Origin: an uncultured Acidobacteriota bacterium
Lineage (GTDB): Bacteria > Acidobacteriota > UBA6911
Direction: 5' to 3'
DNA: 64,000 nucleotides
NCBI GenBank assembly: GCA_963809485.1
Contig: CAWEJX010000001.1
Coordinates: 416,001-480,000 of the forward strand
Below the pieces are notes generated by a model. It saw nothing but the letters and a program-made list of their open reading frames with translations. It was not told where the DNA came from and searched no databases. Both the position numbers and the translations under genes were made by a program. Shown piece by piece: positions 49,721-59,203 of this stretch (positions are counted from its first letter, which is position 1; each line of letters begins with the position of its first letter).

Positions 49721-52396
49721 TCAATTCGCCTTGTAAACCTTCACGCGGACACAGATGTCCTGGTTCAATGTCAGCGGATCCGTGTGCGCCGCATCCATCA
49801 TGACAAGATCGTTGAAGAATGTTCCCTTGCCTTTCGCGATCGGCATGAAATTACCCCAGTGGCCGCCTATGGCCGCGATGGCAATGTGGTGCGGTTCAAT
49901 ACCCTCGCTGAGCGAGACCCAGCCCGGAACCCGTTTGCCTTCCGGGTTCTCCACCCACACTTTGTCACCGTCTTTTATCCCTTTTTCCTCGGCGGTTTTC
50001 ATGTGCATCTGGATTCCATAGATATTGGGGTCTTCCTGCGTGATTTCGTCCAGATAAGGATTTTGCTGAGTCATGGAGTTGCATTGCGTGACCGGGCGCC
50101 AGTAGAAAGCGTTCATGTCGTACTCCGGCTTTTCCTTCGAGTGCGTCGGGCAGGGATACCAGTCAGCCAGCGCTTTGAAAACAGACCAGTTCAGATCAAA
50201 GTACTTCTTCGCGTTGTATTGCTCGCAGATTTTGGCTATCTGCTCGCCGGCGTCGATGAAGTATTCGAAATAGACCGGCACCCTGGAGGGATTAAACCAT
50301 TTCCAGTAAACGTCTTCCTTACGTTTCGGCCAATTGAACGTGCCTTTTTTGCGGACATGCTCAAGTCCGTGCTCCGGCCCGAACCGGTCTTTGAGGAGCC
50401 GATCAACGATTTCCGGCCACGTATGCTCGACGCTGCCGTCCTCGCACAGTTTGTACTCCGGGCTCATCGCCCCGCCGTAACGGATCACCACCATGTCGTT
50501 TAATGCTTTGTAATACTTGGGGAGGATGCCGAGCCGCTTGCAGATGTCCATCATGACCACGTTGAAATCCCGCCGCTCGTACAACGGCTCGATCACCGGC
50601 TGCCGGATGGTCCACCCCCAGTCATCTTCGCCTTGAGGGTGGGAGAAAGTGGACGGGAAGCTCACTGCGGGAGTGTACCGCTCGAGGTAGCAGGCATCCG
50701 GCAGGACGATATCCGCTACCGCTTCCTCAAACTCCGAGATATACAGCTGGAAAGAAAAGATGAAGTTGAACTTCTTCAGGAAATTCTCGGTCACAATCTC
50801 CGCATTTCCCATAGTCATGACCGAATTGGACCCGAAATTGATCATGACGTCCGGCCGGTAATTAACCTTGAACTGGTCCAGCATCTCGAACCAATGCGGG
50901 CTCATGATGGTAAAGGCATTATAGATGGACGTCGGGAACATGTCATGCAGGTCGAGCCGTTGCGGCTGCTTGGGCACTCGCAGCGGGTATGGCACGTGGT
51001 CGTATACCCAGGCCTTGGCCATAAGCAGCCCGTCGTCATCCGGATATGGGATCTGATAGGGCTTTCCGGTTTTTTTATAGCCGTCGGTAACTGCCGCGCC
51101 CAAGCCCATCGCGCCGCCGTAGGTATCGGCTGCACCCAGGATGTGGTTGATCATGTCGATGGAAAGGCAAGTCCATCCGGAGTTAACATGGCCCTGAGAG
51201 CCGCGGAAGAAGTGCGCCGCGATAGGCCGCTTGGGTATCTTTTTCGGGCCCTGCTCTGTCTGAATGGTGACCGTGGCGCCGATTTCTGCGCAATCAACAA
51301 TTTCCCTGGCCAGGCGTCTTATGGTTGCCGCCGGTATCCAGGTGATTTCTTCCACGTATTCCGGGGAATACTTTTTCACGTGCTCCTTGAGCAACTCGAA
51401 AGCGGGACGGCACTTCGTGCCGTCGACATCGTATTCGCCCGTCAGAGCCACATCATGGGCTTTATCCTCATACTGAACCCTCGTCACAGACGGGTCGTTG
51501 TGAACCTTGGGGCATTTATCAACGAGATTCCAAACCATGGGCTTGTTTGTCGCCTTATCCCGCATGTAACGGCCGTCCGAAGGGCGAATCAGATAGGGTG
51601 CGTTCGTTTTATATTTCAGATATTCGTCGTCCCAGACGCCCAGTTCGTTCAGGAACATATTTACGAAGCCCAGGGCAAGCGCACCATCCGTTCCGACACG
51701 GATCGGAACCCACTCATGAGCCTTGGAGGCTTGCGGGCTCTGCATGGGATCAAACGTTATGGTCCGGGCTCCGCGCGCACGCGCATCGGCCGCCTGTATT
51801 GCGTTCTGAACTGCGGTATGCCCAGCCCCGTGACCTTTGGAGCAGCCGAAATTCAGGGGCAGGCTGCAGTGCGCAAAATCGGGAATGATCGACCACGCAA
51901 CATGCATGATGCCGTTCATGAAATGCGCGCCGTTGCCGCAGTGAAGCCCTCCGCCGGATACCCAGTAATTGGGAGTCCCGAAAGCCTTGTTGAATGCCGT
52001 AACCGCGTATCGGATCTCGGATGCCGCCGTGGTTGTGGCCTGGAAATATGCGCCCCGCGAATCCCTTGCCTGGCATTCCTTCAGTTTTTTGACAATCGTG
52101 TCGAGCGCCTCTTCCCAACTGATACGAACGAACTTTGGGTCGACACCGAGGCCCTTTTGCGGATTGGTTCGTTTGAGAGGGTAGTTCACCCGATACGGAT
52201 CGTAAAGCAGGTGAGTCCCCGCAAGACCCTTGACGCAGATTTTGCCGCGCCCTGTTGGAGCATCCGGGTTTCCCTCAATCTCCGTCACAACGCCGTTCTG
52301 CCGCCGGGCTTTGATGCCGCACATGCAGTAGCACTGACCGCAACAGGTGGGGATCCAGACATCCTCCTGGACTTTGGATGCTGTGGTAGTCGCCAT
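49721..52396 (-). CDS. Molybdopterin (DMSO reductase family) catalytic subunit without Tat signal
   Basis: Start MATTT after GAAAGGA; CGQCYCMC FeS motif; PLKRTNP, ADIVLPD..YLER motifs; C-terminal Mo-bisPGD domain. Confidence 0.9.
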   Translation of the reverse strand: MATTTASKVQEDVWIPTCCGQCYCMCGIKARRQNGVVTEIEGNPDAPTGRGKICVKGLAGTHLLYDPYRVNYPLKRTNPQKGLGVDPKFVRISWEEALDTIVKKLKECQARDSRGAYFQATTTAASEIRYAVTAFNKAFGTPNYWVSGGGLHCGNGAHFMNGIMHVAWSIIPDFAHCSLPLNFGCSKGHGAGHTAVQNAIQAADARARGARTITFDPMQSPQASKAHEWVPIRVGTDGALALGFVNMFLNELGVWDDEYLKYKTNAPYLIRPSDGRYMRDKATNKPMVWNLVDKCPKVHNDPSVTRVQYEDKAHDVALTGEYDVDGTKCRPAFELLKEHVKKYSPEYVEEITWIPAATIRRLAREIVDCAEIGATVTIQTEQGPKKIPKRPIAAHFFRGSQGHVNSGWTCLSIDMINHILGAADTYGGAMGLGAAVTDGYKKTGKPYQIPYPDDDGLLMAKAWVYDHVPYPLRVPKQPQRLDLHDMFPTSIYNAFTIMSPHWFEMLDQFKVNYRPDVMINFGSNSVMTMGNAEIVTENFLKKFNFIFSFQLYISEFEEAVADIVLPDACYLERYTPAVSFPSTFSHPQGEDDWGWTIRQPVIEPLYERRDFNVVMMDICKRLGILPKYYKALNDMVVIRYGGAMSPEYKLCEDGSVEHTWPEIVDRLLKDRFGPEHGLEHVRKKGTFNWPKRKEDVYWKWFNPSRVPVYFEYFIDAGEQIAKICEQYNAKKYFDLNWSVFKALADWYPCPTHSKEKPEYDMNAFYWRPVTQCNSMTQQNPYLDEITQEDPNIYGIQMHMKTAEEKGIKDGDKVWVENPEGKRVPGWVSLSEGIEPHHIAIAAIGGHWGNFMPIAKGKGTFFNDLVMMDAAHTDPLTLNQDICVRVKVYKAN

Positions 52397-52502
52397 TAAG
52401 CTATCCTTTCCTGGAATCACTAACCAGAGTATGAGTTTCTGCACCGACTGGATCAGGTTGTTCAGCAAACTGCCCGCGCAACGCCTGATTCCACGTGTGC
52501 CA

Positions 52503-52531
52503 ATTATAAAAGCGCGGATTGAGGCCGTCAA
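52503..52531 (-). promoter_or_regulatory. Sigma-70 promoter of the molybdoenzyme operon
   Basis: TTGACG-17 bp-TATAAT on minus strand. Confidence 0.75.
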
Positions 52532-52676
52532 CAAGGAAAAACCGGAAAACACCCATGCCTCGCAATCCCGATAGCGACGCCCTTTTGGGGGGGGAAGGAG
52601 AGATGCCTATCGACAGTTTATATGCACGTTTAAAAATTCATTTGACTATGTATATGTCTAGGCATAGAGTCAAGGA

Positions 52677-52934
52677 ATGAGCTATCCCATCAAACTCCAG
52701 TGCATCAAACGAAAATCCGGCTGGCGGCAGTTTTATCTGAATATACCCTCGGCATTGGCCGAAGCCATCGACTGTCAAGAAGGTGAGACCTGGGCCTTCA
52801 CCCTCGTCGACCGGAAAAGGATCCTGCTGGGAAGGAGTTCGGATCCAAGAACACCTCCCTTGCTGCAAAACAGGAAGCTTGCGCCGGGCAAATCCCGGCA
52901 GGCCGGAGCCTCCCGTCGCCGCGGGTTCAAATAG
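52677..52934 (+). CDS. Small AbrB/SpoVT-like protein
   Basis: KLQ..RQFYLNIPSALAEAI..GET pattern typical of swapped-hairpin DNA binders. Confidence 0.6.
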   Translation: MSYPIKLQCIKRKSGWRQFYLNIPSALAEAIDCQEGETWAFTLVDRKRILLGRSSDPRTPPLLQNRKLAPGKSRQAGASRRRGFK

Positions 52935-53017
52935 ATTTTCGAATTGCCCCCGGTTTGCGGATCCGTTTCTGCAGTGGTATTGTGGAAAGGAAAAGGGGCC
53001 GGAAACGAGGATTTTCA

Positions 53018-53641
53018 TTGGACAAATTACCCGAAGGACCCGACTGGACGGAAATGGAGAAACGGCTGGAGCCTGAGTATGTATCCTTTTTCCAGGAATC
53101 CATGGGCATGCCGGCCGAGGTCGCAGGTGAGGTTTTCAAGGCTTTTGCCGAGGATCAGAAGGAAGCCGCCCTGAGAGAAGGAACCGACCGGCTGCCGGAA
53201 TCATTCGGCGATATTCTCCTGGAGCGGGAGCAGACCGATGAACAGGTCCGGGCTGCATTCGCCCCCAAGAGAGCCGAAGGCGTGAGCGACGAGGATATAG
53301 CCCTCTGGTGGAATATGCACGACCTGGAACGGCGGATGATATGCAAAGTCGACGAAATGAACCGGATCCTGCTCTTTGAGAAGCTCGTGCAAGGCGAAGG
53401 GGTTACCGAACTTGAAGCGGCCCGCGCCGTAGCCAGGCACTTTCCCGTCTACGGCGACCCGGCCCATCTTGTCCTGGAGACCGAGGACGACCGGCCCCTG
53501 CCCTTCGAATTGAAATGGCGCGTGAACCATTACATAGCGGAAAAAACAAAAACCGATCCCGACGGCTTCAAAGAGGAAGCGGAGGCCTCTACTTCCCTTA
53601 ATGCGCTCCTGCGCAAAGCAATCAAACAGGATGAGCTCTGA
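53018..53641 (+). CDS. Hypothetical acidic helical protein
   Basis: Long ORF with protein-like composition; start uncertain (53018 or 53054). Confidence 0.65.
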   Translation: MDKLPEGPDWTEMEKRLEPEYVSFFQESMGMPAEVAGEVFKAFAEDQKEAALREGTDRLPESFGDILLEREQTDEQVRAAFAPKRAEGVSDEDIALWWNMHDLERRMICKVDEMNRILLFEKLVQGEGVTELEAARAVARHFPVYGDPAHLVLETEDDRPLPFELKWRVNHYIAEKTKTDPDGFKEEAEASTSLNALLRKAIKQDEL

Positions 53642-53667
53642 CACGCGGAACGCTTTGATAATGGCGA

Positions 53668-54064
53668 GTTAATTACCTCCGGCAAAGCCGAAGGCTTGCA
53701 GTTGTGAACCGCTCAAAGCGGTTGGACGAGTTCCACTGGCATTAACCGCTGATATACGCGGGCAAAAGCCGATGAGGCGCTTCCGATCCCCGAAGGGACC
53801 AGCGCTCCGCGCTGGAACGTTTTCTGCGGCGGCACTGTGGCAAACGCCCTGATTTTCAAAACCTCCATCTCCTTGCCGCGCGGCGCTTGCCACAGTGCCG
53901 CCGCAGAAAACTTCATCGGAAGTGCCTCATCGGCTTTTGCTCGCTGACCCTCGCCGAATCAATCGACATTTATCAGCGCTTTTGTCAGCGTATGTCAGCG
54001 TTTCAAAATCCGGAGCTTTCAAACTCCATGAGTCGCCCGGCAGAGCCGGGGGTTTACCAATTGA
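53668..54064 (-). mobile_element. Non-autonomous IS200/IS605-type element, copy 3 (divergent, inverted loop)
   Basis: Same ends and arms as the other copies; starts GTTA, followed by ATCA. Confidence 0.8.
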
Positions 54065-54065
54065 A

Positions 54066-56228
54066 TCAGGCCTCCGCCGGCTGATGCTTTTCCGGCTCGG
54101 CGTAGCCGTTTTGGTCTACCAGCAGGATGCGCGCATCGACCACACGGGCGCCGGATCCGCTGGGAAGCACGATCAAGGGATTGATATCCATCTCGCCAAT
54201 CTCGGGAAAATCGATGACCAGTTGAGACAACCGCGTCAGGGATGTCGCAATCGCGTCGATGTCCGACGGAGGTTCGCCGCGGAAGCCCCGCAGCAGCTTG
54301 ATTCCCTTAATGCCCTCGATCATGTGCTTGGCGCTGAGCTCGCGGATCGGGGCAATGCGGAACGTGACGTCCCGGAAAACCTCCACGTAGATTCCGCCCA
54401 GTCCGAACATAAGCAGCCCGCCGAATTGAGGATCGCGTTTCATCCCCAGAATCGTCTCTTTCCCGCCGCGGACCATTTCCTGTATAAAGACGCCCCAGAT
54501 TTTGGCGCCCTGATTCGCGGCCTTGACCCGCGAAATCAGATCTCCGTAGGCGCTTTTTACATCATCTTCAGATTCCAGGTTGAGTTTTACGCCCCCTACG
54601 TCCACCTTGTGCACGATGTCGGGCGAGACGATCTTCATGGCGACCGGGAATCCTATCTCCTTGGCAGCGCGCACCGCATCGGCTTCATCTGTCACAAGGC
54701 TGGAACGCGTCATCGGCAGCCCATAGGCGCGAAGGACCGCGTGCGCTTCGGGCTCCGGCAAAAACTTTCGTCCCTCGCTCCTGGCTTTGGCCAGGATTTC
54801 CCGCACCTTGTCTGGATTCACATCGTCGAAATGCTTTACTTCGGTGCGCGGCCTGGCCCGCCACCGGGCGTACCGGGCCATGGCGCCCAGCGCCCGGGCG
54901 GCATCCTCCGGGAAGCGGTAATGCGGGATCTGGGCCTCCTCGAGAATCTTCAATGAATCCTCGATGTCTCCCGTCGCCATGTAGACGGAAAAAACCGGCT
55001 TGTCGGCAAACTTCACCTGCGTGGCAATGGTGCTGGAGGTGGCCTCAAGATTCGTCAGCATTTGCGGTACCACGATGACAATAACCCCGTCCACGCCATT
55101 ATCGGACAGGACTCCCTGCAAGGCGAGCTGGTACCTTGTCTCGTCGGCATCTCCGACCAGATCAATGGGATTGTTCAGGCTCACGGCCGGAGGCAGGTGC
55201 GACTTCAAAATAGATCGCGTCCTGGGCGTTAACTGGGAAAGCTCTAGCCCGTGGCGCACCGCGGCGTCCGTTGCCATGATTCCGGGCCCGCCCGCGTTGG
55301 TGACTATGGCGACGCGACGCCCGCGCGGTAGCGGTTGGTTGGCAAAGGCAATGCCGAACCGGAACAATTCCTCGAGAGTTTCAACACGAAGCACGCCGCA
55401 CTGAGCGAACAGCGAATCATAGACTTCATCGGAACCGGACAGCGCGCCCGTATGAGAGGCTGCCGCTTTTGCTCCCTCCATGGTTCTGCCCGATTTGACC
55501 GCCAGGATCGGCTTTTTTTCCGAGACCCGCGCCGCCAGGCTCAAAAATTCCCTGGGTTGTTCCAGGTCCTCCACGTAGAGCAGGATGACATCCGTCATCG
55601 GGTCATCCGCCAAAGCCTCCAGAACATTGTTCTCGTTGGTGTCCGCCTTATTCCCTATAGAGATAAACTTGGAGAATCCAATCTTTTCCCCAGCTGCATA
55701 TTCCAGAGCCGCAACCCCGACAGCCCCGCTTTGCGAAATGAAGGCGATCCTGCCTTGCAGGGGGAAACTGCGGGAGAAGGTGGCATTCAGGGAGATCCCG
55801 GGATCGGTGTTGATCACCCCGAAACAATTGGGCCCGACCACAGCCATTCCGTGGCTTTGCGCGATTTCCTGAAGCTGATGCTCCAGCTCGATGCCCTGCC
55901 CCCCGATTTCCTTGAAACCGGCGCTGATGACAATCGCTCCCTTGCATCCTTTGCTCCCCGCGTCCTTCAGGACTTGGGGAACCAGGCCCGCAGGGACCAG
56001 GATGACTGCGAGGTCCACATCGTCCGGCACATCCAGCACCGAGGGATAGGCCCGGACTCCCAGCACGTGTTTCGCCTTGGTGTTTACGGGATACACGCAG
56101 CCGTCGTAGCCCGCAAAGAGCAGGTTGGCAAATACGGCGCGGCCCAGGCTCTGGGGCTTTGCCGACGCGCCGATTACGGCCACGGACCGGGGTGCAAAAA
56201 TCGCTTTGAGCTGCTCTGATTTATTCAC
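54066..56228 (-). CDS. ADP-forming acyl-CoA synthetase (alpha-beta fusion, acetate-CoA ligase family)
   Basis: GPNCFG, SQSG, ASHTG phospho-His, TNAGG, NPIDL, HKVDVGGV, DINPL motifs. Confidence 0.92.
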   Translation of the reverse strand: MNKSEQLKAIFAPRSVAVIGASAKPQSLGRAVFANLLFAGYDGCVYPVNTKAKHVLGVRAYPSVLDVPDDVDLAVILVPAGLVPQVLKDAGSKGCKGAIVISAGFKEIGGQGIELEHQLQEIAQSHGMAVVGPNCFGVINTDPGISLNATFSRSFPLQGRIAFISQSGAVGVAALEYAAGEKIGFSKFISIGNKADTNENNVLEALADDPMTDVILLYVEDLEQPREFLSLAARVSEKKPILAVKSGRTMEGAKAAASHTGALSGSDEVYDSLFAQCGVLRVETLEELFRFGIAFANQPLPRGRRVAIVTNAGGPGIMATDAAVRHGLELSQLTPRTRSILKSHLPPAVSLNNPIDLVGDADETRYQLALQGVLSDNGVDGVIVIVVPQMLTNLEATSSTIATQVKFADKPVFSVYMATGDIEDSLKILEEAQIPHYRFPEDAARALGAMARYARWRARPRTEVKHFDDVNPDKVREILAKARSEGRKFLPEPEAHAVLRAYGLPMTRSSLVTDEADAVRAAKEIGFPVAMKIVSPDIVHKVDVGGVKLNLESEDDVKSAYGDLISRVKAANQGAKIWGVFIQEMVRGGKETILGMKRDPQFGGLLMFGLGGIYVEVFRDVTFRIAPIRELSAKHMIEGIKGIKLLRGFRGEPPSDIDAIATSLTRLSQLVIDFPEIGEMDINPLIVLPSGSGARVVDARILLVDQNGYAEPEKHQPAEA

Positions 56229-56721
56229 GTTTGGGAACCCTTTTTATAGGAATATTCTGGAAACTGTCGCCATTGAGACGAAACACTCCGACAGCAGGCA
56301 CGGACGGATCGACAACGGATACGATATAGGAAAGCAAATCGGGATCGGAATTCAGCGCCAGGTCCACGGCTGAAGGCTCGGCGGGCAAGAAACGATGGGA
56401 GTGGAAAACACCGACGAAAGCCTCATTGTGCAAAGCCATCCCATCGAGCACCTGTTTGACCTCCGGTGCGGAGATCACGAAACCCAGGTCGGGGTTCCGG
56501 TAGAACTCCCCATAAGACTCGAAAATGGCTTTCCATTCAGGCTCATTCCTGAGATTCGTCGAGCAAGGATAAATGCTGGTTGGGTGATAAAGATCCTTCC
56601 CGCCGACCAGGCCGAACGCTTTGTGCGGCAAGGGATGGAGGCAGGTGTGTATCAGTTCGCCGAACAATGATTCACTGATAAAGACTTCATGCCCTCCCGG
56701 CTTATCCTGTCGGACAGGCAT
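56221..56721 (-). CDS. JAB/MPN (M67) domain protein
   Basis: HSH-x7-S-x2-D motif (HSHRFLPAEPSAVD); overlaps the next start codon. Confidence 0.8.
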   Translation of the reverse strand: MPVRQDKPGGHEVFISESLFGELIHTCLHPLPHKAFGLVGGKDLYHPTSIYPCSTNLRNEPEWKAIFESYGEFYRNPDLGFVISAPEVKQVLDGMALHNEAFVGVFHSHRFLPAEPSAVDLALNSDPDLLSYIVSVVDPSVPAVGVFRLNGDSFQNIPIKRVPKRE

Positions 56722-56873
56722 TTTATTCAGGCCGTTCAAATTCTGTGTTTCTCGCAACATCAGCAAAACTATAGCAGAACGTCCGCAGGCCGCAAATGCC
56801 TTTGGAACGCGCAAGTTCCGGTACTCCCCGGCGGTTGGAAAGAATGGCAAAATCAATGGCGGCTACGCAATTC

Positions 56874-57271
56874 GTCAGGTACCTCCGGCAAAACCGTAGG
56901 CTTGAAAGATTTGAACCGCTCAAGGCGGTTGGAGGAGTTACGCCGGTCTTGAACGCTGACTTACGCGGGCAAAAGCCGATGAGGCGCTTCCGATCCCCGC
57001 AGGGGCCAGCGCTCCGCGCCGGACAGTTTTCTGCGGCGGCACTGTGGCAAGCGCCGTGCGGCAAGGAGATGAAGGGTATGAGAAACCAGGCGTTTGCCAC
57101 AGTGCCGCCGCAGAAAACTCCATCGGAAGCGCCTCATCGGCTTTTGCTCGCCGACCCTCGCCGAACAAATCGGCGTTTGTCAGCGCTTTTATCAGCGTTT
57201 CTCAGCGTTTCAAAATACGGAGCTGTCAAACTCTTTGAGTCTCTCGGCAGAGCCGGGAGTTTACCACGGTA
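56874..57271 (-). mobile_element. Non-autonomous IS200/IS605-type element, copy 4
   Basis: Colinear with copy 1; GTCA start, followed by ATTA. Confidence 0.8.
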
Positions 57272-57414
57272 ATTAAAATCCGAAGACGCTATGGGTACCC
57301 AATCCGGACATGGTCCGTTTGTCAGCGCCTTTATCTGCGCTTGCCGGCGGCACCGGACCCCGAAACGGTCCAACCCTATGAGGCTCCGGGCAATGCACGG
57401 GATTTGCCGATGAA

Positions 57415-58608
57415 TCAGAGAACACCATCGGCCTTCAGTTTGTCAATGCTGGCGGCATCGTACCCCAGCACCTCGGAAAGAACCTCAGCCGTATGCTGTC
57501 CCAGAAGAGGGGGAGGCCTGCGAATGGAAGCCTCGGCCTCGGAGTACTTCACCGGGATTCCGGCCAGTTTGATTTTCCCGGCCGTCGGATGCTCAATCTC
57601 CGCCAGCATTTTTCGATGGAGCACCTGGGGATTGCTGAAAACCTCATCCATAGTATTGATGGGGGCGCAAGGAATGGCTTCCCTGTTCAACAGTTCCACC
57701 CATTCATCACGGTTTCGGGTTTTCATAAATGGAGCCAGGATGCCGATACACTCCGTGCGGTTCTGAACCCGAAGAGGATTTGTTTTAAAGCGCGGATCCT
57801 CCGCCAGCTCCGGCCTGCCGAGCACCTTGCAGAATTTGATCCAGAGCTGATCATTTCCCACGGCAACAATCACATACTTGTCCTTGGTCTCGAATCCCTG
57901 GTAGGGAACGATAGTTTCATGGGCAGTTCCCCACCGTCTGGGAATTTCACCCGAAACCAGGTAAGAACTGGCGATATTAACCAGGGCCGAAACCTGGGTT
58001 TCCAGAAGCGACAGGTCGATCCGCTGCCCCCGGCCCGTCTTCTCCCGCGCGTAGAGGGCGGCGCAGATAGCGCCTTGCGCGGATATGCCTGTAGTCACAT
58101 CCGTTATGGCGACACCCACTTTTACCGGAGGGCCATCCGGTTCACCCGTAATTCCCATCAGCCCGCCAAGTGCAGATACGGCCAGGTCATAACCGGCACG
58201 GTTGCGATAGGGGCCATCCGGCCCGAAGCCGGTTATGGAACAGTAGATAATGCCGGGATTGATCTCACGGATAGTTTCATACCCGACTCCCAGGCCCTCG
58301 GTTGTACCCGGAGTAAAATTCTCGAGGAAAACATCCGATTTTTGAGCCAGGGATTTGATGATCCCGATGCCTTCGGGCTTCTTCATGTCGACCGTAATGC
58401 TTCGTTTATTACGGTTGACGCACAGGAAATAGGCGCTTTCGCCCGGAGCGGCGAATGGCGGCCCCCAATGCCGGGTTTCGTCCCCGACGCCCGGCCGTTC
58501 GACCTTGATGACGTCGGCACCCAGGTCTCCCAGTATCATGGAACAATAGGGGCCTGCCAGGACTCTGGAGAGATCGAGCACTCGGATACCACTCAGTAGA
58601 CCTTCCAT
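57415..58608 (-). CDS. Family III (CaiB/BaiF) CoA-transferase
   Basis: VLDLSRVLAGP, GADVIKVE, NRNKRS, ENF, LGQHT motifs. Confidence 0.93.
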   Translation of the reverse strand: MEGLLSGIRVLDLSRVLAGPYCSMILGDLGADVIKVERPGVGDETRHWGPPFAAPGESAYFLCVNRNKRSITVDMKKPEGIGIIKSLAQKSDVFLENFTPGTTEGLGVGYETIREINPGIIYCSITGFGPDGPYRNRAGYDLAVSALGGLMGITGEPDGPPVKVGVAITDVTTGISAQGAICAALYAREKTGRGQRIDLSLLETQVSALVNIASSYLVSGEIPRRWGTAHETIVPYQGFETKDKYVIVAVGNDQLWIKFCKVLGRPELAEDPRFKTNPLRVQNRTECIGILAPFMKTRNRDEWVELLNREAIPCAPINTMDEVFSNPQVLHRKMLAEIEHPTAGKIKLAGIPVKYSEAEASIRRPPPLLGQHTAEVLSEVLGYDAASIDKLKADGVL

Positions 58609-58647
58609 AAAATTTGATTCTCCAAAATTGCGGAAATGTCAAGCCTT

Positions 58648-58745
58648 GGAGTGTGGCAGCTTGCTGCCTTTAAAGCAGTTCGAGAAAAAAACCATCTGGC
58701 CCCTAACAGGGAGTGCGCAAGCAAGCCTGCACACTCCCTGTTAGG
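58648..58745. repeat. REP-like palindrome and 14-bp perfect hairpin
   Basis: GGAGTGTGGCAGCTTGCTGCC; CCTAACAGGGAGTG..CACTCCCTGTTAGG. Confidence 0.55.
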
Positions 58746-58770
58746 CGTTTCAAGGAGCTTGTAGCGCCTG

Positions 58771-59202
58771 TCAAGCCTTTTGAAAGACGTAATTCAGCTG
58801 GTCGTTGGGCAATTTGTTGGCCACCGCCTTCATTTCCATGCCGATCTTGATCTCATCCTCCGCAAGGTTTTTATCGATTCTGCCGAAGACCTTATAATTT
58901 CCGTAGTCTATCACGGCAATGCAATAGGGAAGGTCCCCTTCAAATCCCATCGGGCCAAACTGCAGCTTGCTGTAAGCCAACAGTTTGCCTTTGCCGGCAA
59001 CTTCGAACCATTCCATTTCGCTGGACAGGCACTGGAAGCAATCCGCCCTAGGTGGGAAGAACTGGAGGCCGCATTTTTTGCATTGGGTCCCCATCACTTT
59101 GCCCTGTTCCAGATAGCCGACAAAATCATTCGTCTTTGTAATAGCCGTGAAGCTCACAGTTCCAAACTTCTTGAAGCGATCGTCGACTTCCTTTTTCGCC
59201 AT
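58771..59202 (-). CDS. Zn-ribbon/OB-fold (DUF35-type) thiolase partner
   Basis: CKKCG..FPPRADC..C motif; directly follows the thiolase. Confidence 0.9.
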   Translation of the reverse strand: MAKKEVDDRFKKFGTVSFTAITKTNDFVGYLEQGKVMGTQCKKCGLQFFPPRADCFQCLSSEMEWFEVAGKGKLLAYSKLQFGPMGFEGDLPYCIAVIDYGNYKVFGRIDKNLAEDEIKIGMEMKAVANKLPNDQLNYVFQKA

Positions 59203-59203
59203 G

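Noticed and set aside
50633-52399. 588-aa plus-strand ORF (similarly 41702-42640, 53895-54956, 57493-58599, 62133-63344)
   Set aside because: Antisense shadows of well-supported minus-strand genes, with no recognisable motifs
26979-57271. CRISPR array
   Set aside because: The repeats are dispersed ~400-bp elements, not short repeats with spacers, and there are no cas genes
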